NCBI GenBank assembly: GCA_000996895.1
Contig: LCBB01000001.1
Location: 2,542-66,541 of the forward strand
Origin: a candidate division WWE3 bacterium GW2011_GWC2_41_23
Lineage (GTDB): Bacteria; Patescibacteriota; WWE3; UBA101185; UBA10185
DNA: 64,000 nt
Direction: 5' to 3'
Part shown: one piece after another, positions 27,105 through 36,894 of the stretch
Layout: every line of letters begins with the position of its first letter
Numbering within the stretch: position 1 is the stretch's first letter
The notes under the pieces: generated by a model
Told to the model about the DNA's origin: nothing
What the model saw: only the letters and a program-made list of their open reading frames with translations
Database searches by the model: none
Program-made: the position numbers and the translations under genes

Positions 27105-27575
27105 TTAGTTTCGCAGCATAATCTTCAGTAAAAATCCCGCAAAACCCGAGGCGAGAAGAAAAGCCGCAAAAACTCTCAGCATGAGAGCCTCGCTCGTTAG
27201 TTTGAATGCAAGTTCCAGGCTATCGGTAGAAATAAACTCAAGGGAGACGTTTCTTCCCATTTCAATTAACCATTCGCCTTTTGGCATATTTTCTAAACTA
27301 ACGCCAAAATACTCCTTATGCTGCCACCCAAACGGGGCGGGCGCATTTTCATCGTGCAGAATTTCCCCCGTCATACTGTTTCTCAGTATAAAAAGGTATG
27401 GAGACCCCGCACTGAACGCTACGCCTTTGGTTTCTATAAAGAAACGTCTCGAATAGTTTGTCTGTTTAAAGATGTCCGTGCCGGACATTTCGTCGGGCTG
27501 AGTGAACGCGAGTACCCCGGCAGAAAAGACAACTATCCACGCAATCACACCAACAATCACCTTTGTTCGCATCAT
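27105..27575 (-). CDS. Membrane-anchored hypothetical protein (156 aa)
   Basis: An N-terminal TM helix and a second hydrophobic segment near the C-terminus. No motif. Confidence 0.4.
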   Translation of the reverse strand: MMRTKVIVGVIAWIVVFSAGVLAFTQPDEMSGTDIFKQTNYSRRFFIETKGVAFSAGSPYLFILRNSMTGEILHDENAPAPFGWQHKEYFGVSLENMPKGEWLIEMGRNVSLEFISTDSLELAFKLTSEALMLRVFAAFLLASGFAGFLLKIMLRN

Positions 27576-27780
27576 CTCTTCTCTCCTTTTAAGAGTTTAT
27601 TGATTTCCGGGCTTTAGAATTCGCTAATTGTGCTATAGGATATTAATTTTGTCAATTTCGGAAACTATGGGCGTGACACCGAATAAATTTCCCTCACGAC
27701 AATGGGAATAACAGTGAGAGTCAGACGGGTGTCGGTAAAGAGAGATTAGGTATGGAAGTACGTCACCGTTGTCGGCGAAC

Positions 27781-27855
27781 AACGCTCGCATGGTGAGGAC
27801 GGAGGGATTCGAACCCTCGACAAACCGGTTAAGAGCCGGTTGCTCTACCACTGAG
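27781..27855 (-). tRNA. tRNA-Lys (anticodon CUU)
   Basis: Reverse complement GGGGACGTAGCTCAGTGGTAGAGCAACCGGCTCTTAACCGGTTTGTCGAGGGTTCGAATCCCTCCGTCCTCACCA. Anticodon loop CTCTTAA. Confidence 0.75.
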
Positions 27856-27881
27856 CTACGTCCCCAAGCCGCGTAATTATA

Positions 27882-28382
27882 CTACAAGGATTTATTACCA
27901 AAAGCGGTTTCTACCCATTTCCCAAGGAAAAAAGTAATAATTACCACCGCGAATCCGACTAAAAGGTGTTCTGTAATGACTTCGTAGCGATTCTGGTTAG
28001 TCTTTTTTGCAATTCTCAGGCTCATAAGTATTAAAACAAGCGCGGAATACAAAACGCTAATTGTGACGGCGTGACTTACCGAAAACAGTACAAACGGAAT
28101 AACAAAAGACAAACCTATTAGAAGTTTAGAAACAAACGTGGCGATAGTGATATTACGAACATCCTGCGCCGATGGATGGCTTTTAGACTCTTCCGATATA
28201 TGCTCACCTAACGCGTCAGACATGGCGTCAGCAACACTGACGGTAAAAATTCCTCCGATGATAGCAAGTCTTTCTGCCGAAGACGAATAAAGCCCCACAA
28301 TCATTCCGAGCGTTGTAATAACCCCCGACGTTGTCCCAAACCCGAAACCTGCCATGAGTGAATCACCTATTTTTAGTTTCAT
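27882..28382 (-). CDS. VIT1/CCC1-family-like small membrane protein (possible Fe/Mn transporter homologue)
   Basis: GFGFGTTSGVITTLGMIVGL resembles the Gly-rich first helix of the VIT family. 166 aa with about 4 TM helices. Confidence 0.35.
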   Translation of the reverse strand: MKLKIGDSLMAGFGFGTTSGVITTLGMIVGLYSSSAERLAIIGGIFTVSVADAMSDALGEHISEESKSHPSAQDVRNITIATFVSKLLIGLSFVIPFVLFSVSHAVTISVLYSALVLILMSLRIAKKTNQNRYEVITEHLLVGFAVVIITFFLGKWVETAFGNKSL

Positions 28383-28470
28383 ACCGTAAATTATATTTTA
28401 TGGGGAAGTTAAAGCAAGAAAAAGAAACCGGACATGCGGATTATTAATAATCTCCGTATGCCCGGCTCAT

Positions 28471-28683
28471 TTATTTGTTACGAATATACAATTTTCCCTC
28501 ACCGTCAAATAAAACCCCTTTTGTCACAATTATTCCGTCGAGTGTTGAGTCCGTGTAGCCTACAAGATCTTCGAGCTGCATCTCTTTTATCACTCTATCT
28601 GTAAGCGCGGATCTTTCCATCGGGCCTTCTTCCTTTAACACCATTCGAATCGCCTGCGTGATAAATATCATTGTATCGGGCAT
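28471..28683 (-). CDS. Small hypothetical protein (70 aa)
   Basis: ORF with a plausible hydrophilic composition. No motif. Confidence 0.3.
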   Translation of the reverse strand: MPDTMIFITQAIRMVLKEEGPMERSALTDRVIKEMQLEDLVGYTDSTLDGIIVTKGVLFDGEGKLYIRNK

Positions 28684-28771
28684 CTATCTCTCCTTTTATA
28701 ATAAATGGGATTCTAAACGAAAAGCTTCGAGATTTCAAACGCACGTTGTGTAAATAAAAATCTGGAATATA

Positions 28772-28792
28772 TGGCGCCCCCAGAGGGATTCG
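28772..28792 (-). repeat. 21-nt duplicate of the tRNA-Arg 3' end
   Basis: tggcgcccccagagggattcg is identical to 28917-28937, in the same orientation and 145 bp downstream of the tRNA. The intervening 124 bp is GC-rich and full of short hairpins. Confidence 0.65.
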
Positions 28793-28873
28793 GTCACCGG
28801 TTCGTGTCTGCTGACACGCCCGTCGACCCCGCCTCGCTCGCCTACGCTCACTCCGCCATTCGAATCCCGGGTA

Positions 28874-28916
28874 ATTCAAACAAATTTCGTCAGGGAAAAA
28901 CCCTGCCGAAATTTCT
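28874..28916 (-). terminator. Long hairpin terminator immediately after tRNA-Arg
   Basis: Minus strand GAAATTTCG-GCAGGG-TTTTT-CCCTG-A-CGAAATTT followed by GTTTGAATT (U-rich). Confidence 0.5.
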
Positions 28917-28993
28917 TGGCGCCCCCAGAGGGATTCGAACCCCCGACCCCTCGTTCCGAAGACGAGTGCTCTGATCCGCTGAGCTATGGAGGC
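28917..28993 (-). tRNA. tRNA-Arg (anticodon UCG)
   Basis: Reverse complement GCCTCCATAGCTCAGCGGATCAGAGCACTCGTCTTCGGAACGAGGGGTCGGGGGTTCGAATCCCTCTGGGGGCGCCA. Anticodon loop CTTCGGA. Confidence 0.8.
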
Positions 28994-29053
28994 ATAATAA
29001 AAAGCTTTAGCTTACTTGTAAATTATACCACCGTAATCTGCTAAAATAGGTGT

Positions 29054-29497
29054 ATGAGTAAGCTGAATAAATTGTTGGTGCCTCTGTACACCTTGTTTCT
29101 AATAGGTTCATTTTTTTATGTAAAGTCGGTTTTAAAGGGGGTTCCCGTTTCCGTGGAAGACAATTCGGACGAAAAGACGGTCGAAACAAGAAGCGTGAAG
29201 GTCTCGCTTACCGTTAAAGCACCTTTTTACACTAGAACGTATTCGCAGGAATCGAAAAACACTGATTCCGTCTCCGACCTTTTATTAAAAGTCAGAGAGA
29301 ACAATAAGGATTTTACATATGACCGCACCGCCTATTCGTACGGCAGCAAGTTAGACCAAATAAACGGTATAACAACAACCGAAACAATGGAATGGAGAAT
29401 TTACGATGCTGAAAAAGATGTTACTTTAAAAATGGACGACACGGCGCTGGAAGATGGGAAGAACTATATTCTTACGTATCAAAAAACAAACGAATAA
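29054..29497 (+). CDS. N-terminally anchored small extracytoplasmic protein (147 aa)
   Basis: Signal anchor LLVPLYTLFLIGSFFYV. Hydrophilic remainder. Confidence 0.45.
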   Translation: MSKLNKLLVPLYTLFLIGSFFYVKSVLKGVPVSVEDNSDEKTVETRSVKVSLTVKAPFYTRTYSQESKNTDSVSDLLLKVRENNKDFTYDRTAYSYGSKLDQINGITTTETMEWRIYDAEKDVTLKMDDTALEDGKNYILTYQKTNE

Positions 29498-29498
29498 C

Positions 29499-30692
29499 TT
29501 ACTCAAACCTTAAAGCTTCTATTGGATCTTTTTTGCCGGCACTTAAAGCCGGATAGGTACCGAACACTATACCAACAAATATTGAAAACCCCATCGCCAG
29601 TACAACGGCCCACCACGGTATTGTTGCGCGTATAAAACTGCTTACGGCAAGCGTAGCCAGATAACCTAAAAGTAACCCTACCACCCCACCCCCAATACTT
29701 ATTACAACAGCTTCTGTTAAAAACTGTCTGCCGATATTTTTTGATGTTGCTCCCAGGGCTTTTCGTAAACCTATTTCCTGCGTACGTTCAGTGACAGAAA
29801 CAAGCATAATATTCATTATTCCTATACCTCCAACTAACAAGGAAATACCGGCCACGGCGGCCAGAGCGGAAGATAAAACCCCGAGTATCTGATCTATAGA
29901 AGATAGCACGTCTTTTTGTGTTACAACAGAAAAATCATCTACCCTCATGTCTTTCAAAAGCGCCACTTTAATTTCACGCATTAATTCTTCCGGATCCTGT
30001 CCTTCCTTAGCTTTTACTGCAATGCTTGATAAGACTTCCACATTAAAGGCTGTCTTCAACGTAGTATCTGGTATAAATATCCTGTCATCAAAAGTGCCGC
30101 CTTTTGGTTTTGCGACTCCCACTACCTCAAAACTCGTATTTTCTATTTTTATTTTTTCTCCTAACGGGTTACGGTCACCAAACAATTCTTTTTTAACATC
30201 CGAGCTAATGAACGCAACATTAGCTTTTTTAGAGTCGTCGGATTTTGTGTAATAAGTACCTGATTCCGTTTCCAAACCGTAAATAGAATAAGATTGGTAA
30301 GTACCTCCTACAACCGTGCTTGCGTAAGTTTTTGTTTTATATTCGGCAGTTTTAGCTATCCTCACGGAAGGTGTAACGGCACTTATCTTATCGCCTACGT
30401 ATAAATTTATGGCATCAATATTTTTAAGACTCAGTTTATTTCCCATGAAAGCTCTTGAAGGGTCTTGTCCTTCTCCTATACCGGGAGTTACTAAAATTAG
30501 ATTTGAGCCAAGTGCATCAAATTGGTCCGTAATATAGTTCTCGAATCCTTGCACAACCGCGACTAAAGATACTACAGAAAACACACCTATGATGACACCC
30601 AGCATCGTGAGAAACGTCCTTATTTTATTTAGCGCCAGAGCTGAAAATGCACTTTTTATAGTTTCAGGAACGTATATCATTTGACAACACAA
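29499..30692 (-). CDS. ABC transporter permease, MacB/FtsX type
   Basis: N-terminal TM helix, a roughly 220-aa extracytoplasmic domain, and a C-terminal FtsX-like 3-TM bundle (GIMNIMLVSVTERTQEIGLRKALGA). Confidence 0.8.
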   Translation of the reverse strand: MCCQMIYVPETIKSAFSALALNKIRTFLTMLGVIIGVFSVVSLVAVVQGFENYITDQFDALGSNLILVTPGIGEGQDPSRAFMGNKLSLKNIDAINLYVGDKISAVTPSVRIAKTAEYKTKTYASTVVGGTYQSYSIYGLETESGTYYTKSDDSKKANVAFISSDVKKELFGDRNPLGEKIKIENTSFEVVGVAKPKGGTFDDRIFIPDTTLKTAFNVEVLSSIAVKAKEGQDPEELMREIKVALLKDMRVDDFSVVTQKDVLSSIDQILGVLSSALAAVAGISLLVGGIGIMNIMLVSVTERTQEIGLRKALGATSKNIGRQFLTEAVVISIGGGVVGLLLGYLATLAVSSFIRATIPWWAVVLAMGFSIFVGIVFGTYPALSAGKKDPIEALRFE

Positions 30693-31348
30693 CCGTCTTT
30701 TAAGATTATTTTTCTTTGTGCGATTTGTGCAAGTTCGTCGTCGTGAGTAACAAGTACAATTGTTTTTCCCTGAGAATTTAGTTTTAAAAAGTTATTAATT
30801 ATTTCTTCCCCGGTTTTTGTGTCCAGATTTCCTGTAGGTTCGTCGGCCAGGATCATACTGGGATCATTTACCATCGCACGCGCGATTGCAACTCTTTGTT
30901 TCTGACCGCCTGATAACTCGTTTGATTTGTTTTTCAGGCGGTCTTGTAATCCCACAATTTCTATCATTTCTTTCGCTTTCTTTTCCCACTCAGAGCTAGG
31001 GACACTGCTGTATTTGAGGGGAAGTATCACGTTGTCTAATACGGTAGTACGCTGCAATAAGTTAAAGGATTGAAACACGAATCCTATTTCACTGTTCCTG
31101 ACTTGAGCCAGTTGTTTTTCGCTCATTCCCTTTGTATTTATTCCGTTAAGAATAACTTCTCCCTCGGTAGGGGTATCTAGTAAGCCAAGTATGTGCATTA
31201 AAGTTGATTTTCCGGATCCGGATTTACCCACAATGGCAACAAACTCGCCCCTACCGATTTCAATATCAACTCCCAGGAGAGCCTCTATTTTGGTAGTACC
31301 CATATCGTATATTTTTGATACATTTTGAGCCTGTAAAATGGGCGTCAT
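30677..31348 (-). CDS. ABC transporter ATP-binding protein (MacB/LolD type)
   Basis: [29 protein letters not shown] and [11 protein letters not shown]. Confidence 0.9.
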   Translation of the reverse strand: MTPILQAQNVSKIYDMGTTKIEALLGVDIEIGRGEFVAIVGKSGSGKSTLMHILGLLDTPTEGEVILNGINTKGMSEKQLAQVRNSEIGFVFQSFNLLQRTTVLDNVILPLKYSSVPSSEWEKKAKEMIEIVGLQDRLKNKSNELSGGQKQRVAIARAMVNDPSMILADEPTGNLDTKTGEEIINNFLKLNSQGKTIVLVTHDDELAQIAQRKIILKDGCVVK

Positions 31349-31349
31349 T

Positions 31350-32411
31350 TTAATTTATAATTTTTGCGGTGTAACCTTCAGTAAGTTTTTGATTTTCCTC
31401 TGCAGGAACAACAACTTCACTGACATCGGTCTTAATCTCGGTGTAAATATCTCCCTCAACGCCAAGTTCCACAGGAAGTTGTTTGAGCTTACCGTTCTCT
31501 TCCACCCACACAAAAGGTTCATCGGTTACGTCGTAGAATATTTCGTCAATTGTGAGAGCACGTACTTCGCTGGTTGTAGATAAAACATCAATATACGCGT
31601 CACCTGACATTCCGATTGCTAACTGATGTTCCGCGTCACCCGATAAAGGTATTTCTATATCGAACACGCCGGTGACAGGGTTTGCAGTCAAGGGTACCTG
31701 AGCAACTTTAGTTTCAAATTCATACGAACTATAGGAATCCAGCTTTATTTTAGCAGGCTGTCCCAACTTGATATAACCGTAATCTTCCTGGTCAATTGAT
31801 ATTTCGAATATAAATTTATCCATATCGGCTAAAGTCATAACCGATTCTCCCACCACTGCAGTTTCTCCAACTTTTTTGTCAACCTCTATAATAGTTCCAT
31901 CAAACGGAGCGTAAATATAGGAATTGCGGAGCACGGAAAGTTGAGCTTGGTAAGTTGCCTCGGCCTGACTAATTAGTTCGTCAAGCTGTCTAAGTTTAAT
32001 ATTGTATTCATCCTCACCCCCGAGTGCCGTTATGTTGGCTTCCCTATCTTCCTCAAAAAGGTCCTTATTTCTTAGGGCAATGTCACGGGCATCTTTGTAA
32101 GCCTGTGATGTTTGAAATTGAGTAGATCCGTCGATATAAGCAAGAGGCTCTCCCTGCTTTACCGCATCACCTTTATTAACTAAAACCTTAGTTATTTTTC
32201 CGGCCGACATAAAAGTAAGGTCAGCCTGTTCTTCAGCTTTTACCTGACCGCTTGCCGATACACTTCTGGACACAACTTTATTTTCTACCGAGACTCTTCT
32301 TACAAGAGCTGTTAACTGCTTTGGCCTTAATAAAAAAAACCACAATATCGACGCCAGTGGTATTCCTATGAGCAAATACTTAACAATTTTTTTAAACGCA
32401 AAATTTTTCAC
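31350..32411 (-). CDS. HlyD-family periplasmic adaptor (membrane fusion protein)
   Basis: N-terminal TM helix, coiled-coil segments, and lipoyl/beta-barrel-like regions. It is the first gene of an ABC efflux operon. Confidence 0.7.
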   Translation of the reverse strand: MKNFAFKKIVKYLLIGIPLASILWFFLLRPKQLTALVRRVSVENKVVSRSVSASGQVKAEEQADLTFMSAGKITKVLVNKGDAVKQGEPLAYIDGSTQFQTSQAYKDARDIALRNKDLFEEDREANITALGGEDEYNIKLRQLDELISQAEATYQAQLSVLRNSYIYAPFDGTIIEVDKKVGETAVVGESVMTLADMDKFIFEISIDQEDYGYIKLGQPAKIKLDSYSSYEFETKVAQVPLTANPVTGVFDIEIPLSGDAEHQLAIGMSGDAYIDVLSTTSEVRALTIDEIFYDVTDEPFVWVEENGKLKQLPVELGVEGDIYTEIKTDVSEVVVPAEENQKLTEGYTAKIIN

Positions 32412-32429
32412 CTGTGATATTATATTACC

Positions 32430-32819
32430 ATGCTAGGATTTTTAAAATCTCATCACCCCTTAAGACACGCCAGAAGTTTCAAACATGCATTTCAGGGAAT
32501 TTTTAAAGCTCTTGTCGAAGAACCTAACTTCAGAGTTCAGATAGTTATCTTAGTGATATCAATTATGTTGGGTGCCCATTTTAATATCACGAACACCGAA
32601 TGGGCACTGCTCATACTTTCTATGGGATTGCTTTTGATGGCAGAAGTTCTTAATACGGTTGTTGAGGACACAATAGATTTTTTTATCAAAGACTTTGATG
32701 AAGGTGTAAAAGTGATAAAAGATTTGTCGGCAGGTTTTGTACTAATCACTGCAGTAACATCACTAGCAATACTCATATTGATATTCTGGCCTTACTTTAT
32801 GGTTGTGCTACCTGCTTAG
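32430..32819 (+). CDS. dgkA: Diacylglycerol / undecaprenol kinase, DgkA family
   Basis: AFQGIFKALVEEPNFRVQ...AEVLNTVVEDTIDF matches the conserved prokaryotic DAGK catalytic core. 129 aa with 3 TM helices. Confidence 0.75.
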   Translation: MLGFLKSHHPLRHARSFKHAFQGIFKALVEEPNFRVQIVILVISIMLGAHFNITNTEWALLILSMGLLLMAEVLNTVVEDTIDFFIKDFDEGVKVIKDLSAGFVLITAVTSLAILILIFWPYFMVVLPA

Positions 32820-33296
32820 GTAGATTAAAACTGCTAGATAAATCCCGCCGAAAATATATCCTACAACAATGTCCTGTACCGTATGCGCTCCTATTAACAC
32901 CCTGGAGACACCGATCAGTATTATGTGATATACGCTAATGATGCGGATAAGGTTAACTGCTAAACCGTCCCCAAAAAACCCTTTTTTGAAAGATAAGAAA
33001 AGAAGCAGTCCCCAGAAACAAACGTAAAATATTACATGACTGCTTGGAAACCTGTACATATCTCCCAGCTTTGTAGGATCTCCCACGTAAGTGTCTAAGC
33101 GCGGAATTTTAAATATATTCTTTAGCAACACAGAATATAAAAGACTGAGTATAGCGAGTAAAAATATTCCAGCTTCTTTTAAATAACCCGAAGCAATGAA
33201 GTAAGCAATAAACGATAGGGATACGACTGCAACTATAGGAATACTGTTGCCAAAGAAACTCGCTGATTCGATAAATACTTTTAAAAAGACAGGCAT
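32808..33296 (-). CDS. PAP2-family lipid phosphatase (undecaprenyl-diphosphatase-like)
   Basis: PSSH (PSGH-like) and SRVLIGAHTVQD (SRx5Hx3D) PAP2 motifs. Confidence 0.7.
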   Translation of the reverse strand: MPVFLKVFIESASFFGNSIPIVAVVSLSFIAYFIASGYLKEAGIFLLAILSLLYSVLLKNIFKIPRLDTYVGDPTKLGDMYRFPSSHVIFYVCFWGLLLFLSFKKGFFGDGLAVNLIRIISVYHIILIGVSRVLIGAHTVQDIVVGYIFGGIYLAVLIYLSR

Positions 33297-33301
33297 GCTG
33301 T

Positions 33302-34852
33302 TTAGTAACCCTTCTCGTTAATCTCCTTTAAGGTACCGGGTTCCATAATATACATTCTTACGTAATCCTGGCTAGATTTTGTTAAAGTAAATATGGGATC
33401 GTACTTCTCCATCCAATATTGTGATTTTTCGCTGGAGGCGGTTTCGGTAAATGTTTGAGGATTTCTAATGTGAATATAAAACCCGGCTTTATTTGTATCT
33501 TTTTCCAGAGGCACAAAGTAACGCACAATTGATTTTCTCTCATTTGTAGAATATGAGGTTATCTCAGGATATTGTTTAACAAACGCCGATATACCCTCCC
33601 AATCCCTAAAATACGGAAACCCGAACAAACTTAAGTGGTATACCGGTGTTGGCTCAGGAAATGTCCACGCTAAAAACCGTTCTTCTTCCCACGGGTATTC
33701 CTTTGAATTATCCACGAAAACCGCGTAGCTTTGAGCAAAAATGAACATAAATATTAAAAATAAAATGACTTGAAACCCCCATGCAAAAACCGTCCCGGGC
33801 AGCTTTTCTAAAAGAAAATCCAACATCCCGTCCAATCCAATACCAATAATTATCATAACGGGAAGAATATAAGCGTAAATGTGTGTTCCCGGAATGTAGA
33901 CAAGCCCTTCCATAAAAGCGAAAGGTATAAAAAACCATGCAAATAAAGCTAAGTAGGACGCCGCGCTTTTAAACTTAATCTTTTTAGGCAGTTTTGCTCC
34001 GTAGGCTTTGTAGTAAAGAAACGCGAAACCCAAAAGAGACGCCAGGATATAAAAATGCACGACATAAATAGGCTGGTAAACCGAAAATAAGTATTTAGAG
34101 CTGGATATTTTCGCCGAAACATCGCCGGAAATTCTTCCGGACCAGTAGGAAAGTGTTGATTCAGAAATAGAAAGAACAAAAGGAATATAAAAAGCCAGAA
34201 GCATCGCCCCCGATATTGCTAAAGATATTATTAAAGTTTTTAAAGCTTTCGGGTCGGATTTGAAGTTTCTTTTGAGCCAAACAGACATCAGGTAAACAAC
34301 AAAGGGAAGGATAAAAACCGCGTCGTAATGTGAAAGTATGCCTAAAGCCCAAAACACAAATGCCCAAATTACCCCTTTGTGTTTGTAGTTAGGTCTTTTA
34401 ACTGCCAGCGTAAGCATGTACAAGGCGAGTATCATAAATAGAACCACAAACGATTGGTACTGTACTATACGGGAAAATGCCACAAAAAATCCATTGCTTC
34501 CCAGTAGTAACGCGGAGATAAGCGCTACTCTTTTACCAAAATGTGCCCGAACAAGTTTATAAAAGAAAAATACTGAAAGTATTCCGGCTAGGGAGAACGG
34601 CAGTCTAATAAGAAGCTGGTTTGTATAATCGGGATTAATAAATTTCAGAAGGTAAGTGATGATGAATTGAACCGGGCCTTTTCTCTGATCCAGTAGATAG
34701 CTAAAAAAATTCTGCCCGTCTCCCGGAAGATAAAGAGCTTTTATTTCGTCACCTTGATAGTCGGAATATCCCAGGTTAAAAAGCCTCAATATTACGGCAG
34801 GAACCATTAGCCCGAAAAAAACCAGATTAATCTTTTCTATTAGTTTTTTCAT
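33302..34852 (-). CDS. GT-C fold glycosyltransferase (family 39 / ArnT / PMT-like)
   Basis: 516 aa with about 12 TM helices. N-terminal loop motif YSDYQGDE (DE-type). The architecture is typical of lipid-linked sugar transferases. Confidence 0.5.
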   Translation of the reverse strand: MKKLIEKINLVFFGLMVPAVILRLFNLGYSDYQGDEIKALYLPGDGQNFFSYLLDQRKGPVQFIITYLLKFINPDYTNQLLIRLPFSLAGILSVFFFYKLVRAHFGKRVALISALLLGSNGFFVAFSRIVQYQSFVVLFMILALYMLTLAVKRPNYKHKGVIWAFVFWALGILSHYDAVFILPFVVYLMSVWLKRNFKSDPKALKTLIISLAISGAMLLAFYIPFVLSISESTLSYWSGRISGDVSAKISSSKYLFSVYQPIYVVHFYILASLLGFAFLYYKAYGAKLPKKIKFKSAASYLALFAWFFIPFAFMEGLVYIPGTHIYAYILPVMIIIGIGLDGMLDFLLEKLPGTVFAWGFQVILFLIFMFIFAQSYAVFVDNSKEYPWEEERFLAWTFPEPTPVYHLSLFGFPYFRDWEGISAFVKQYPEITSYSTNERKSIVRYFVPLEKDTNKAGFYIHIRNPQTFTETASSEKSQYWMEKYDPIFTLTKSSQDYVRMYIMEPGTLKEINEKGY

Positions 34853-36893
34853 GTTCCCCTACACCATATATTACCAGTTCGTTCATTGCTCTGGTAGTAA
34901 CAACAAAAGCTTTCCTGGCCTCTTCAAAGTCTGTAATTTTGTCAGGATTCAACCCCAAAACGTACACTTTTGAAAATTCTAGACCTTTTGAATTTAGAGT
35001 ATTCATCACGTAAACGCCCTTAGGTATATAGTTTACGCGTGTTCCGGAGTCTAAGATAACCAACTGTCCCTCATTTTTAATAATTTTCTTCAATTCATTA
35101 GAAACACGGTCAAATAATAAATTGTCGTAGCAAATGACACCGATACTTTTGTCTAATTTCTTTGCGTCTTTCTTAATATCCGAAACAAACTCGTTAAATA
35201 TCTCGTCATTTGTTTTTACTAATTTTACAGACGGCTCGGGTCCCATTCTATTAATGGACTCCGGCATAAAATCTTCGGTAAACGGAGCTAAAATCTTTCG
35301 TGCAAATTCTATAATCGGCCGGGTACTTCTGTAATTAGTAGATAGTTCAAATCTAATCGAAGATCTGGCCTCTTTTATAATATCGAAAAGATCTTCCCAT
35401 TTTTCAATACCCGAAGGATCGAGAGACTGGTTAAGATCGCCGAATATTCCGAACCTCCCTCTTAATATAACTTTTGACATTATTGCGTATTCCAGAGGAG
35501 AAAAATCCTGACCTTCGTCGACGACGCAGTACTCGTAAGTCGGGTGTTTTTGAATGCCCATAAGGGAGAGATAAATGTACACATAAAGAATGGATTCCGC
35601 GTAGTTAAGACTTTTCTTATGATCTATACCGAAGCTTTTTGCCAGTTCCGGGACGCCACTTGTCTTTATTTCATTTTTCATTTCCGAAAGCTTGCTGACT
35701 AGTTTTCTTAAGCTTTTTATGTTTTCACGGCACAGGTAAGCTTTTATAGAGTCCGTAGGCAGCTCTTTAAGTTCGTCTTTCTGATTAACAAGCTCTTCTT
35801 CCAGTTCTGTAAGTATTTCATTTATATTTTCCGAAGGAGACATATTTGTTGAATACTTATATCCGCCGAATGGTTCAAACTCAGTGACTTTAAAAATGTC
35901 GCTAAGTTTTTTCTCGAAGGACCCGTGAATTTTTTCTAAAGAAACATAAAGTTTTTTTAAATCCTTAAGTTTAAAAGCTTTAAGATTACCCCGGGTATCA
36001 AGGTCGGTTTTTATTTGTATCTGTTCACGGAAAATTAAATTAACAAGTATCTCCCGTACGGTTTTATAATTTATGTCGAATATTCCGAGTCTCGGGAAAA
36101 GCGTTGAGAGATAGCCTACAAGTATCTGATTTTTTGCAACAACGATAGATTTTTCGGAGTGAATTAAATTCGGGTAGTTAAAGAAAATATGTGCCAGTTT
36201 ATGAATCGCTACCGTGCTTTTTCCGCTTCCGACACAGCCCTGTACTATGCATATTTGTCTCGGATCCGACTCTATAATATCCATCTGTGACTGCTGTATG
36301 GTCTCAACAATATCCTCTAAAACTCCCCCTGTTTTCTTTCCGATTCTATCGATGATTATTTCGTTCTCATCTAATTGAATATCGTTGTTGTAATACTTTA
36401 TTAATTCTCCATCCGAGATTTCGTAGGTGCGTTTTAGCAACAGGTCTCTTCTTTCTACGCCGCCCGGAGTATCGTAGTATACGTCCTTTTGAGGGTATCT
36501 GTATCTATAATAGACTGAAGCAATTTTTGCACGCCAATCAGTAACGGATAAACCTGATTCCGAAAGACCGAACTTACCTATGTAAATATTCTGTGTGTGT
36601 TTTTTATCTTTTAAATCTATGCGCGCAAAATACGGTTGGGTAAATAGATATTTTAATTCTTCAAGTCTTTTAAATTTATCCTTCAGATTTAGAGAAGCAT
36701 TCTTTTCATGTAGTTGTTCGAGGAACATTAAAAAATCCGGACCGAACTCACCCTCGGTTTTTAATTCTTTCAATCTGTCCAGATTAGAAATTCCCACAGC
36801 CTTGAGTTTCTCTTGAAGATTTGAAAGAGTTTTTTTCACAAAAGTTTTTAGTTTTTCGACATGTCTTTTTTCTTCTATGAAAATCTTATCCAT
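34827..36893 (-). CDS. UvrD-like superfamily 1 DNA helicase (HelD-like)
   Basis: Walker A GCVGSGKST, motif II VVDEGQDFS (DExQD), and C-terminal helicase motifs (VILDSGTR... / TTRAMNEL). About a 190-aa N-terminal extension. Confidence 0.6.
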   Translation of the reverse strand: MDKIFIEEKRHVEKLKTFVKKTLSNLQEKLKAVGISNLDRLKELKTEGEFGPDFLMFLEQLHEKNASLNLKDKFKRLEELKYLFTQPYFARIDLKDKKHTQNIYIGKFGLSESGLSVTDWRAKIASVYYRYRYPQKDVYYDTPGGVERRDLLLKRTYEISDGELIKYYNNDIQLDENEIIIDRIGKKTGGVLEDIVETIQQSQMDIIESDPRQICIVQGCVGSGKSTVAIHKLAHIFFNYPNLIHSEKSIVVAKNQILVGYLSTLFPRLGIFDINYKTVREILVNLIFREQIQIKTDLDTRGNLKAFKLKDLKKLYVSLEKIHGSFEKKLSDIFKVTEFEPFGGYKYSTNMSPSENINEILTELEEELVNQKDELKELPTDSIKAYLCRENIKSLRKLVSKLSEMKNEIKTSGVPELAKSFGIDHKKSLNYAESILYVYIYLSLMGIQKHPTYEYCVVDEGQDFSPLEYAIMSKVILRGRFGIFGDLNQSLDPSGIEKWEDLFDIIKEARSSIRFELSTNYRSTRPIIEFARKILAPFTEDFMPESINRMGPEPSVKLVKTNDEIFNEFVSDIKKDAKKLDKSIGVICYDNLLFDRVSNELKKIIKNEGQLVILDSGTRVNYIPKGVYVMNTLNSKGLEFSKVYVLGLNPDKITDFEEARKAFVVTTRAMNELVIYGVGEHEKTNRKD

Positions 36894-36894
36894 T

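Noticed and set aside
27633-27851. 72-aa ORF (minus) overlapping tRNA-Lys
   Set aside because: Artefact overlapping the tRNA gene.
28595-28974. ORFs of 94 aa (minus) and 67 aa (plus) across the tRNA-Arg downstream spacer
   Set aside because: They are Arg/Pro/Gly-rich translations of GC-rich hairpin DNA and overlap the tRNA and terminator, so they are not coding.
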